The position numbers and the translations under genes were made by a program. This document shows, piece by piece, positions 37,671 through 46,352 of a stretch of DNA of 62,747 bases; the stretch's first letter is position 1, and each line of letters opens with the position of its first letter. Origin of the DNA: a bacterium (GTDB lineage: Bacteria; Patescibacteriota; Patescibacteriia; UBA9934; GWF2-40-263); the NCBI GenBank assembly GCA_021789915.1, contig JAJYIV010000003.1, positions 1 through 62,747 on the forward strand, in the 5' to 3' direction. The notes under the pieces are model-generated. The model did not search any database, was not told where the DNA came from, and saw only the letters and a list, made by a program, of their open reading frames with translations.

Positions 37671-38966
37671 TCAGCGGGCGGACGTCCCGACGTACGCCCT
37701 GATGAGCGCGTGGCGCGCGCGGGCGACCTCCTGCTTCCCCGACCCGCTCTTTCGCAAGCGCCAGGAAGGATCCGGCAGGTCGCCCAGGGAGGCATCGTGG
37801 AAGCACTTGGCGTAGTGCGTCCACTGCCGCGAGGCGGAGGGCGCCGTGCCGAGCAGCCGGTCGACGAGACGCTGGGTCGGCAGCGGCCGCAGCGCCATGT
37901 TGAAGCCCCGCAGCTCGTCGAGCACCATTTGCGCTGAGAAGACGCGCGAGAGGCGGCGGACGGCGGAAGCGATGGGCGAACCCTTCACCGTGCTCCAAAT
38001 CAAGGCACGCTCGAGATCCGTGCGCACGTACCGGCGCTGCTCCTCGCGCGACAGCCGCACCCTCAGGCGCTTCGCTTGCGCCAGGAAGTTCTCGTCGTAC
38101 GCGTTTGCGTCCAGCTGGCGCCGGATGAAGTCGGCGCCGAAACGCTCCTCGAGGCCGAAGTCGATGATGAACTGGAAGAACTCCTTACCGAGAACGCGAC
38201 CGCTCGGCTGGGCGAGGAGCATTGCCTCCGCTTCGTCGCGGGTGAACGCCGTACGCCCGAGCACCTTCAGCGCCTCGTGGGCGAAGAAAACATGTCCCTT
38301 CCGCACCGTCCACGCGAGGAAGCGCTCGGTCAGATTCGTGTTTTCGCCCGGCTTGAAAGCCGCGAGCAACTGCTTCTCCGCGTCCGGCATTTCTCGCAGC
38401 GTCCATCGGACGCGCTCGACGCCGCCGTCGTACTCGATCTGGGCCTTTATGAACTGCCGGGGAACGAACGCGGGCGGAGAATCAGGAGGCGCGTCCCTCG
38501 CCTCGAGAGACCCCATCAACTTCTCCATGACCGAAGGGAAGCTCAGGTCATCGCTGAATTCCACAGCGAGTCTCCCCAGATCGCCCGCCGCGACGAGCAT
38601 GCTGTGCAGAACGCTCGCGTCGCCGAGGTCTCGAAGAATGCGCGCGAGCGGATAGTCGAGCTTGACGCGGTCTTTCAACGCGGGCGCGCGGGCGAGCGGA
38701 TGGCGGTATAGGCAGTCGCGGGCCGCCTGCAGCGGCGTGAAGCCGTTGGTGCGCGCCGCTTCCTCGATGCGCCTGCGCAGGTCAGTCTCGTCGAGGCCGA
38801 CGTCGTTGTGAGCCGACCGCTCGAGCATCTCCCACAGTGCGAGCACGGCCTCGAATGCCGTGCGCGTCTTCTTCTTCCACAGGACGATGAACAGCGGCGG
38901 GAGCTCGGGCGCGAGCACGGGCAAGGACGACGGATCGGGCGCGGGCTTCTTGCTTCGGGGAGCCAT
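37671..38966 (-). CDS. hypothetical protein (431 aa, helical)
   Basis: Long ORF with coding-like bias, divergent from the 39121 gene. No family recognised. Confidence 0.55.
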   Translation of the reverse strand: MAPRSKKPAPDPSSLPVLAPELPPLFIVLWKKKTRTAFEAVLALWEMLERSAHNDVGLDETDLRRRIEEAARTNGFTPLQAARDCLYRHPLARAPALKDRVKLDYPLARILRDLGDASVLHSMLVAAGDLGRLAVEFSDDLSFPSVMEKLMGSLEARDAPPDSPPAFVPRQFIKAQIEYDGGVERVRWTLREMPDAEKQLLAAFKPGENTNLTERFLAWTVRKGHVFFAHEALKVLGRTAFTRDEAEAMLLAQPSGRVLGKEFFQFIIDFGLEERFGADFIRRQLDANAYDENFLAQAKRLRVRLSREEQRRYVRTDLERALIWSTVKGSPIASAVRRLSRVFSAQMVLDELRGFNMALRPLPTQRLVDRLLGTAPSASRQWTHYAKCFHDASLGDLPDPSWRLRKSGSGKQEVARARHALIRAYVGTSAR

Positions 38967-39120
38967 GGCAACCTCGTGAAAAGGACGAACGGCGGAATGC
39001 CGTCCGCCCGTTCTTACTGCGGCTGCCGCGCCGCGTCAAGCCCCAAGCCTTGACAATCGTCCCCGCGCCGGCCTACCGTTCGTCCGCCGGTCCAGTGCGG
39101 CCGGCCAGAGGAGAACGACG

Positions 39121-39873
39121 ATGGCGGACAAGACGATCAAGATGGTTCTGGCGGGCATCCCCACATGGGAGGCCCAGCCGACGTTCGAAGAATGGAAAGA
39201 GAGACTTCGGCACGCGAAGACGGTTGTGGACGGCATCGCGCTTCTGCACATGCTCCCGAAGCTGTTCTGGGAGGAACACGGCGGCGCCGCCCGATTCCTT
39301 CTGGAGCTCGTCGACGCGTGGAAGGAAGATTGGTGTGAGGCGTGCAACAAGGGCTACGTCAACTGCCGTCACGGTGCGTTTTGGAAGAAGGCTTGCGACG
39401 TTTTGGCGTTCGAGCTTTTTACCTCCTCGTCGTCGCCGACCGAGGTTCCGTGGTGGAGGCTCGTCGACGACCGCACCTTCCATCCCGATCCGACCGCATA
39501 CGCGCTGATGCTGCGCGTCCTTGCGAAGAGTGCCTTCCGGAGTGATCGACCGAAGATCGTGCGGCAGTTCGTGCACCACAGCCTCGCCGTCGTCCACAAT
39601 CATCCGTCTGGGATCTCGCCGCACGTCGCGCAAGCCGTGGACGGCCATCTCGTCCCGCTGCTCAAGCTCGGCGGTTCAGATCTCGTTCGCATCGACGATC
39701 CAAGCGAGGAGATGCACGAAGCCTTGCGCACGATCGTCTTCGAGGCAGACAAGGACGGCTGGAAGCCGACGTCGATCGAGGAAGCCATCACGAAATACGA
39801 CCGGCAGCCGTACGCCATCAAGTTGTTGGTCATGAACGTGTGTTGGGAACAGCAAGCGAAGCACAAGCGCTAA
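39121..39873 (+). CDS. hypothetical protein with a RadC/JAB-like HNHPSG motif and an N-terminal Cys cluster
   Basis: SLAVVHNHPSGISPH resembles the RadC-like JAB signature (AHNHPSG), but the downstream S-x-x-D is not preserved. CEACNKGYVNCRHGAFWKKAC is a possible zinc-binding cluster. Confidence 0.5.
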   Translation: MADKTIKMVLAGIPTWEAQPTFEEWKERLRHAKTVVDGIALLHMLPKLFWEEHGGAARFLLELVDAWKEDWCEACNKGYVNCRHGAFWKKACDVLAFELFTSSSSPTEVPWWRLVDDRTFHPDPTAYALMLRVLAKSAFRSDRPKIVRQFVHHSLAVVHNHPSGISPHVAQAVDGHLVPLLKLGGSDLVRIDDPSEEMHEALRTIVFEADKDGWKPTSIEEAITKYDRQPYAIKLLVMNVCWEQQAKHKR

Positions 39874-39891
39874 CTGCCGTCACGCGACATG

Positions 39892-39925
39892 CCGCCAGCC
39901 CGACGCTCGGGCCGGCGGATTTTTT
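39892..39925 (+). terminator. intrinsic terminator after the 39121 gene
   Basis: ccgccagcccga-cgc-tcgggccggcgg (12-bp stem, 1 mismatch) followed by atttttt. Confidence 0.7.
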
Positions 39926-39962
39926 GTCCACGAAAAACGGACAGGCGGCGGACCAGGATTTC

Positions 39963-39991
39963 TTGACGCGTTTTCGCGCGCCGGATACGAT
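39963..39991 (+). promoter_or_regulatory. sigma70-type promoter for the DHH-cca operon
   Basis: TTGACG, a 17-nt spacer, then TACGAT. Confidence 0.5.
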
Positions 39992-40115
39992 GCGCCATTC
40001 CCATGCTTGGGTTTTCGAGAGGAGCAAGCTGCCGACGGCAAGAAATCAGGGAGGAACTCCCCCGCGATTTTCCCCGCTTGCTCCAAGCTCCTTGTTGCAA
40101 GCTACTTTGCCCCCC

Positions 40116-41249
40116 ATGGCCCTCGGCAGCACCCAATCCGTCCTCGAAGCCCTCAAGCGGAGCGACCGCCCGCTTTTGTGCGTTCCCGTGGGCGCCGGCG
40201 CGGACGGCTACGCCTCGGCGCTCGGCTTCGCCCGCGTGCTCAAGGCCCTGGGCAAGAAGGCCGACATCCTCGCCGCCGAGCCCGCGCCCGCCGCGCTCTC
40301 CTTCCTTGCCGGCCACGGCGGCATCCAGACGCAGTTCCACGACCTGCGCCGCTTCACCATCGAGCTGGACGCGTCCAAAACCAAAGTGAAGGAACTTACC
40401 TACGAGGTGAAGGACGGCAAGCTCCTGATCCACGTCCAGCCCGCGTCCGGTTCCTGGCATCCGAAAGACGTGCGCGTGAACGACGCCGGCTTCCGCTACG
40501 ATCTCGTCGTCTGCTTCGGCGCGCCGGATCTGGAAAGCTGCGGCGAGGCGTATCGCGCGCATCCGGACTTTTTCTTCGCGACGCCGATCGTGAACATCGA
40601 CCACGCGCCGGAAAACGAGCATTACGGCGCACTGAACATCGTGGACCTGACGGCGTCGGCCTGCGGCGAAGTGTGCTTCGATCTCGTCGAATCCATCGAT
40701 CCGAACCTGCTGGACGAGGAAGCGGCCACGGCATTCCTGACGGGCATCATCGCCAAGACGCGCAGCTTCAAGCGGCCGAACGTGACGCCGAAGACCATGG
40801 CCGCCGCGGGCAAGCTCGTGGCGCGCGGCGCGCGGCGCGAAGAGGCCGTGATGGCGCTGTACCGCACGCGCTCGGTGCCGACGCTGCGGCTGTGGGGCCG
40901 GGCGCTGGCGCGGCTCAAGCAGGATCCGGAGCGGCCGCTCGTATGGAGTCTGCTCTCGCGGCAGGATTTTCTGCACGCCGGTGCCGACGAGGCCCATCTG
41001 GCCGACGTGATCGACGAGCTCATCACGAGCGCGCCGTCCGCGCGCGTCGTCGCCCTGCTTTATGAAGGAACCGACGGGGCCGTGCACGGCATCGTGCACG
41101 CGGAGCGGCCGTTTGACGCCCTGGCGCTCACGGCGCCGCTCGCGCCCGCCGGCACGCGCGAAGACGTGCGTCTGCGCGCGGAGGGCGGGCTGCTCAAGGC
41201 GGAAGAGGCGTGTCTGGCCGCCGTGCGCAAGGGAATGCAGACTCGCTAG
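40116..41249 (+). CDS. DHH/DHHA1-family phosphoesterase (NrnA-like)
   Basis: GADGYASALGFARVLKALGKKADI, NIDHAPENEHYG and a DHHA1-like C-terminus. The start is trimmed from the track ORF at 39840. Confidence 0.75.
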   Translation: MALGSTQSVLEALKRSDRPLLCVPVGAGADGYASALGFARVLKALGKKADILAAEPAPAALSFLAGHGGIQTQFHDLRRFTIELDASKTKVKELTYEVKDGKLLIHVQPASGSWHPKDVRVNDAGFRYDLVVCFGAPDLESCGEAYRAHPDFFFATPIVNIDHAPENEHYGALNIVDLTASACGEVCFDLVESIDPNLLDEEAATAFLTGIIAKTRSFKRPNVTPKTMAAAGKLVARGARREEAVMALYRTRSVPTLRLWGRALARLKQDPERPLVWSLLSRQDFLHAGADEAHLADVIDELITSAPSARVVALLYEGTDGAVHGIVHAERPFDALALTAPLAPAGTREDVRLRAEGGLLKAEEACLAAVRKGMQTR

Positions 41250-41290
41250 ACGGCGCCGCTCGCGCGGCGTCTTTGGTATACTTGGACGGC

Positions 41291-42661
41291 ATGGACGATC
41301 CCCTGCTCCGCATCGAACGCGCGCTCGCCGGCCACCAGGCGCTGCGGTTCCTCCCGCCGCTCTTGGCCGCCTTTCCCGAGGCCGAGGCCTACCTCGTAGG
41401 AGGCGCCGTGCGCGACCTGTTGCTCAACCGGCCCACCGCCGATTACGATTTCGTGCTGCGCCGCCTGCCGCGCGAAGCGGTCGAGACGTGGTTCTCGGCG
41501 CGCGGGCAGTTGGATCTCGTCGGCCGCGTCTTCGGCGTGTACAAATTCCTTCCTGCCTGCTGCCAGCTGCCAACCGCCAGCTGCCATCCGATCGACCTCG
41601 CGCTGCCGCGCACGGAAACGCCCGCATCCGGCCGTCTCGGCGGCTATCGCGATTTCGACGTGCAGAGCGATCCATCGCTGCCGATCGAGCGTGATTTGGC
41701 GCGCCGCGATTTCACCGTGAACGCCATGGCCTATGACGTCCGCCAGCGCGAACTCATCGATCCGTTCGAGGGCCGGCGCGACCTGCAGGCCCGCCTCATC
41801 CGCGCCGTCGGCACGCCGCGGGAACGATTTGCCGAGGACCTTTCGCGCCTGCTGCGCGGCATGCGCTTCGCGTGCCAGCTGGACTTCGAGATCGACGCCG
41901 ACACATGGCTGGCCATGCGGCAGACGATGCCGGAAGGCAACCGCACGCGCACGCGCGCGGACGGCGCCAGCGAATTCGTCCTGCCGCGCGAAACCGTCGG
42001 GCGCGAACTGGCCAAGGCGCTGGACGCCCAGCCGCTGCGCGCGGCACAGCTGTTCCTCGCCAGCGGCGCCTTCGCCTGCTTCCTGCCGGAGGTCGCGCGC
42101 GCGGCGCAGAAGAGACCGGACCGCTTCCTCGCGCCGCTGGAGGCGCGCCCTTCTCTGCCGGCCGCCCTCGCCCTTCTCCTGCGCGAGACGACGCCCGCAA
42201 ACGCCAAGCGGGCGCTGAACGCGGCCGGCCTCTCCAGTCTGCCGCGCCACAGCGGCTTGCGCGCCATGGCCGAGGACGTGGCGTGGATCGTCGAGCGCCT
42301 CGCGGCGGCGCCGGACGCTTCGGCGGCCGAAACGACGCCGGGCCATGACTTTGAACGGACGTACATGAACGAGCGTGGAACCTGGTACCTGGAAGCGCTT
42401 TCCGCGCTCGGAAAGACGGAGCTCGTCGACGCCGCGCGCGCGCGCATCGCCGCCATCCGCGAGCGCTGCGGCATTTCCGGGAGCCGGCGCGGCGACCCCA
42501 TCCCTTCCCTCGCCACGGGCGGCGACGTCCTGGCGCTCGGCGTGGCGCCCGGCCCGCGCGTGCGCGAACTGCTCGACGCCGTGCGCGACGCGCAGTTCGC
42601 GGGCGAGATCCGGACGAAGGAAGAGGCGGTGGCTGCCTTGCGAACATGGACACACGCCTGA
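41291..42661 (+). CDS. cca: class II tRNA nucleotidyltransferase (CCA-adding enzyme / poly(A) polymerase family)
   Basis: LVGGAVRDLLLNRPTADYDFV, RRDFTVNAMAYD and EDLSRLLRGMRFACQL. Confidence 0.85.
   Translation: MDDPLLRIERALAGHQALRFLPPLLAAFPEAEAYLVGGAVRDLLLNRPTADYDFVLRRLPREAVETWFSARGQLDLVGRVFGVYKFLPACCQLPTASCHPIDLALPRTETPASGRLGGYRDFDVQSDPSLPIERDLARRDFTVNAMAYDVRQRELIDPFEGRRDLQARLIRAVGTPRERFAEDLSRLLRGMRFACQLDFEIDADTWLAMRQTMPEGNRTRTRADGASEFVLPRETVGRELAKALDAQPLRAAQLFLASGAFACFLPEVARAAQKRPDRFLAPLEARPSLPAALALLLRETTPANAKRALNAAGLSSLPRHSGLRAMAEDVAWIVERLAAAPDASAAETTPGHDFERTYMNERGTWYLEALSALGKTELVDAARARIAAIRERCGISGSRRGDPIPSLATGGDVLALGVAPGPRVRELLDAVRDAQFAGEIRTKEEAVAALRTWTHA
42578..42622 (+). repeat. direct repeat copy 1 (3' coding end of cca)
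   Basis: 45 nt. The last 28 nt (gttcgcgggcgagatccggacgaaggaa) are identical to 43745-43772, and there are 3 mismatches in the first 17 nt. Confidence 0.85.
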
Positions 42662-43725
42662 ATATGCATGAATTCCCCCTGCCGCACGCCGGACGCCCTG
42701 CATCGCTGACCTACACGTTGGAGGAGAAATTGTTTCCGAAAGAAGCGCGTACGCGTTCCCTAGAAAAACAGCGTCGGCTGGAGCAGGCGTACCGCGAACG
42801 CGAACGCGCCGTCAACGACACAGAAGCGGCCGAACTCTTGCGCGCATACGGCGTAGACCCGGGCGGGATCGAGCAAGAATCCGACGGCACATTCCATCTC
42901 CCTGTTCGACAACATTTTTCCGATCGTCGTCTGCCGAACGTATCGGGCCGTTCTCCTGAATTCGCGTACAAGGGCGGCGCGGCGCGTGCCCTGCTGCTGC
43001 GCTCGCTCGGCATCGATCCGACGTATCAGCCGCGGGACGTCGACATCATCGCCTTCGGTTCGGAATCGCAACCGGGATTGAGACAGCAAGTCGCGCACGA
43101 ATTCATGACGGAAGACGCGGCCCACGGAGGGGGCGTCGAGGAACTGCCTCATTGGAAGACGTCACGTAAGAATTATTTTTCCACGCGCGACTTCACCCTG
43201 AACGAAGTTCTTGCGACGGATGAAGAGATTTGGGTGACGCGTCAGGGTCTGTTGGACACCCTGCGTCACGTGATTCGTCTGACGTCATACGAACACGATT
43301 TTCGATCCGGCATTGGCCCAAAAATGCTCGCGAAGCTTCTTCGGTTGTCCCAAGAAGGAATCCGGCGATGGGGAGATGCCGAGGTCGTCCAAGACGGCTG
43401 GAGCTTCGAAGAAGCTTTCACGCAACCGTTTTGGCTGGCTCTCCAGTTAGACAAAGCGTGCGAGCAATCGCTGGAACTCGGTCAGGCATACGTAGACGAG
43501 GTGCGTCGTCTCGGATTCATTCCAGACAACGTTCAATCCATAGAAGATGCCGCGTCGTATCTCTCGCGGGAGATTTACGACTTCACGTTTCGCCATGCGC
43601 CGACGCAGCAATTCGATCTTGAGAACTGGTGGGCGGAGCAAGATGCCGAGGATGGGCCGCGGCGCATGGGCCACGGCCGCAGTCGGGAGCTTCGGAAAGA
43701 TCAGAGACGCCGGACGCGCGTTTGA
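42646..43725 (+). CDS. divergent pol-beta-fold nucleotidyltransferase related to CCA/poly(A) polymerases
   Basis: YKGGAARALLLRSLG...RDVDIIAF, STRDFTLNEVL, QGLLDTLRHVIRL and GPKMLAKLLRL parallel the GGAVRD / DxD / RRDFTxNA / G..D....IR / DP.R.LR motifs of class II enzymes. The gene is visibly more AT-rich than cca. The start may be the ATG at 42664. Confidence 0.6.
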   Translation: MDTRLNMHEFPLPHAGRPASLTYTLEEKLFPKEARTRSLEKQRRLEQAYRERERAVNDTEAAELLRAYGVDPGGIEQESDGTFHLPVRQHFSDRRLPNVSGRSPEFAYKGGAARALLLRSLGIDPTYQPRDVDIIAFGSESQPGLRQQVAHEFMTEDAAHGGGVEELPHWKTSRKNYFSTRDFTLNEVLATDEEIWVTRQGLLDTLRHVIRLTSYEHDFRSGIGPKMLAKLLRLSQEGIRRWGDAEVVQDGWSFEEAFTQPFWLALQLDKACEQSLELGQAYVDEVRRLGFIPDNVQSIEDAASYLSREIYDFTFRHAPTQQFDLENWWAEQDAEDGPRRMGHGRSRELRKDQRRRTRV

Positions 43726-43727
43726 GA

Positions 43728-43772
43728 GCCGTGTGCGACGAGCCGTTCGCGGGCGAGATCCGGACGAAGGAA
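43728..43772 (+). repeat. direct repeat copy 2 (orphan duplicate of the cca tail)
   Basis: It begins 3 nt after the paralog stop. The frame continues as ...PFAGEIRTKERAKPLARAVDAA-stop (track ORF 43629-43811). Confidence 0.85.
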
Positions 43773-44025
43773 CGCGCAAAACCCCTGGCACGTGCCGTGG
43801 ATGCGGCTTGAACACGAAAAACTGGACAAAAGGAGGAAAGTTTGATATCCTATCAGCCGTGATGCACGCGACCTTTGGTCGATCGGTCAGTCTTGGCCGG
43901 CCGGACAAAGATCACGTATCGCCGCCGCAGGGACGTCGATCCCGGGGCCGCGGTTCAACGCTTCAATTCAATGCCGTGCCCAGACGTGATTTTGCTTTCG
44001 GGCCGGCGAAACTTTTTGATTCGCT

Positions 44026-45828
44026 ATGAGCGATCACAAGCCGCAAGGCCGCGGATCCCGCGGCAACATGGACCGTTTTCGCGGGCGCGTCTTCCGCGCC
44101 GCCGGAGCGCATCGCGCCGGCACGGGTCCGGCCGGGACGCCGTCTTTTGCGCCCGCCACGCCGGCTCCGTCCGGCGACAAGCTGCGCGTCGTCGTGCTGG
44201 GCGGCCTCGAAGAAGTCGGCCGCAACTGCACGCTGCTTGAATACAAGAACGACATCATCCTCATCGACATGGGGCTGCAGTTCCCGGACGAGGACATGCC
44301 GGGGGTGGATTACATCATCCCCAACATGAGCTATCTCAAGGGGAAGGAAAAGAACGTCCGGGGCGTCATCATCACGCACGGCCACTACGACCACATCGGC
44401 GCCATTCCCCATACCATCCCGTACATCGGCAACCCGCCCATTTTCGCGCTGCCGATGTCGGCCGGCATCATCAAGCGCCGCCAGACGGATTTCGACACGC
44501 CGCCTCTGAACGTCAAGGTCAGCAAGATCGAAGACGTGATCCAGCTCGGCGCCTTCAAGGTGTCGTTCTTCCACATCAACCACAATATCCCGGACTCCGC
44601 CGGCATCGTCGTGGAAACCCCCGTGGGCACCATCTGCCACACGGGCGACTGGAAGTTCGACTTCCATCCCACCGGCACGGAGCACGCGGATTTCCAACGC
44701 ATTGCGAACATCGGCCAAAAGGGCGTGCTGGCGCTCATGGGCGACTCGACGAACTCAAGCAAGCCTGGCCATCAGATCTCCGAGAAGGTGATCGGCGAAG
44801 AGCTGGAGCGCATCCTTGAGAAGGCGCCGGGACGCGTCATTATCGGCACGTTCGCTTCCCTGCTCGGGCGCGTGAAGCAGATCCTGGAAATCTCGGAACG
44901 GCTCGGCAAGAAAGTCGCGCTGGACGGCTTTTCCATGAAAACCAACGTGGAGATCGCCAAGGAGCTCGGCTTCATCAAAATCTCCATGAGCACGCTCATC
45001 CCGATCGAGCGCGTGGACGATTATCCGCCCAGCCGCATCGTCGTGGTGTGCACGGGCGCCCAGGGCGAGAAGAACGCGGCGCTGAACCGCATCGCTTCCG
45101 ACGAGCACCGCTCCGTGCGCGTGAACCCGACGGACACGGTGGTTTTCTCCTCCTCCATCATCCCCGGCAACGAAAAGGCCGTGGAGCGCCTGAAGGACAT
45201 CTTCTACCGCAAGCGCGCCAAGGTCATCAATTACCAGATGATGGACGTACACGCCGGCGGCCATGCGCTCAAGGAAGACATCAAGCTGATGCTGGCGCTT
45301 CTCAAGCCCAAGTACTACATCCCGATCGAGGGAAACCACTATCTGCTGCGCGAAAACGCGGACGTGGCCTACAGCATGGGCTGGCCGGAATCCAACGTTT
45401 TCGTGTCCGACAACGGCCAGGTGATGGAATTCTGGCAGGGCGGCGGCCGCCAGACGTCGGAAAAGGTGAATACCGAATACGTCTTCGTGGACGGCCTGGG
45501 CGTCGGCGACGTTTCACAGGTGGTCCTGCGCGACCGCCAGGCGCTGGCCGAGGACGGCATGGTCGTCGTCGTGCTCCAACTGGAACGCAAAACGGGCAAG
45601 CTCGTCGGCACGCCCGACATCGTCTCGCGCGGCTTCATCTTCATGAAGGAGCACCGCGAGCTCATCGACGCCACGCGTCAAAAAGTCACGGAAGTCATGA
45701 GCAAGGACGCCAAGATGGATGCGGATCCGAACGAAGCGAAGAACCGCATCCGCGACGAAATCGGCGCGTTCCTGTTCCAGCGCACCGAGCGCCGCCCGAT
45801 GATCCTGCCGATCATCATGGAAGTGTAA
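44026..45828 (+). CDS. rnj: ribonuclease J
   Basis: Metallo-beta-lactamase motif ITHGHYDHIGA, a beta-CASP region and the RNase J C-terminal domain. Confidence 0.9.
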   Translation: MSDHKPQGRGSRGNMDRFRGRVFRAAGAHRAGTGPAGTPSFAPATPAPSGDKLRVVVLGGLEEVGRNCTLLEYKNDIILIDMGLQFPDEDMPGVDYIIPNMSYLKGKEKNVRGVIITHGHYDHIGAIPHTIPYIGNPPIFALPMSAGIIKRRQTDFDTPPLNVKVSKIEDVIQLGAFKVSFFHINHNIPDSAGIVVETPVGTICHTGDWKFDFHPTGTEHADFQRIANIGQKGVLALMGDSTNSSKPGHQISEKVIGEELERILEKAPGRVIIGTFASLLGRVKQILEISERLGKKVALDGFSMKTNVEIAKELGFIKISMSTLIPIERVDDYPPSRIVVVCTGAQGEKNAALNRIASDEHRSVRVNPTDTVVFSSSIIPGNEKAVERLKDIFYRKRAKVINYQMMDVHAGGHALKEDIKLMLALLKPKYYIPIEGNHYLLRENADVAYSMGWPESNVFVSDNGQVMEFWQGGGRQTSEKVNTEYVFVDGLGVGDVSQVVLRDRQALAEDGMVVVVLQLERKTGKLVGTPDIVSRGFIFMKEHRELIDATRQKVTEVMSKDAKMDADPNEAKNRIRDEIGAFLFQRTERRPMILPIIMEV

Positions 45829-45926
45829 GAAGGGTAGGAAGAGTAAGAAGGGTAGGAAGAGTAAGAAGGGGACGAAAAGTAAGGGAAAAAGATGAAAAGT
45901 AAGAAGGGTTGGGAAAGAGTAAAAAG
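45825..45926 (+). repeat. purine-rich tandem array (18-nt unit = 2 x 9 nt, ~5 units)
   Basis: gtaagaagggtaggaaga x2, then degenerate gtaagaaggggacgaaaa / gtaagggaaaaagatgaaaa / gtaagaagggttgggaaaga. It starts inside the last codons of rnj. Confidence 0.85.
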
Positions 45927-45935
45927 ACAAAGATT

Positions 45936-46352
45936 ATGAAAACGCAGCCGCACCATTCGCTCGTCGTTTGGCAGGCTGCGTATTCATTTATCCTGGCAGT
46001 TTACAAAAAGACCGGTGCTTTCCCGACGGAAGAACGCTACGGACTTACAAGCCAGTTGCGTCGAGCGGCTGTTTCGATTGCAGCGAACATTGTCGAAGGG
46101 TACGCAAAACGAACTCCTGCCGATTTGCTTCGATTCTTGAACATCAGCCGCGGCTCGCTGGCGGAATCCATTTTCCTGCTGCAGCTGGCAAAAGACCTTG
46201 GCTATCTTTCTTTGAACGATTACGATGCTTTGGAAAGGATGCACGGACGAACGGGTTATTTCCTCAACCAATTTATGCAAGGGGTGAAGCGTTCATCCCT
46301 TTCCAACCCTTCATCCTCTTCATACCCTTCAAACCCTTCAAGCCCTTTATGA
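45936..46352 (+). CDS. four-helix-bundle protein (23S rRNA intervening-sequence protein family)
   Basis: ERYGLTSQLRRAAVSIAANIVEGYAKR...FLNISRGSLAE is the family signature. The gene is AT-richer than its neighbours. Its stop overlaps the trpS ATG (ATGA). Confidence 0.8.
   Translation: MKTQPHHSLVVWQAAYSFILAVYKKTGAFPTEERYGLTSQLRRAAVSIAANIVEGYAKRTPADLLRFLNISRGSLAESIFLLQLAKDLGYLSLNDYDALERMHGRTGYFLNQFMQGVKRSSLSNPSSSSYPSNPSSPL
46296..46350 (+). repeat. pyrimidine-rich 9-nt tandem array, roughly the inverted counterpart of 45825-45926
   Basis: aacccttca tcctcttca tacccttca aacccttca agcccttta. Compare the reverse complement of the upstream unit, ccttcttac. Confidence 0.75.

Noticed and set aside
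43629-43811. 60-aa track ORF downstream of the NTase paralog as a real gene.
   Set aside because: Its only meaningful part is the duplicated cca C-terminal tail. I interpret it as the orphaned copy of the duplication, not an independent gene.
45825-45926. CRISPR array or other spacer-containing array. The other tandem arrays at 9822, 27004, 35661 and 62703 were considered too.
   Set aside because: The units are 7-18 nt and directly abutting, with no unique spacers. No cas genes are in the window.
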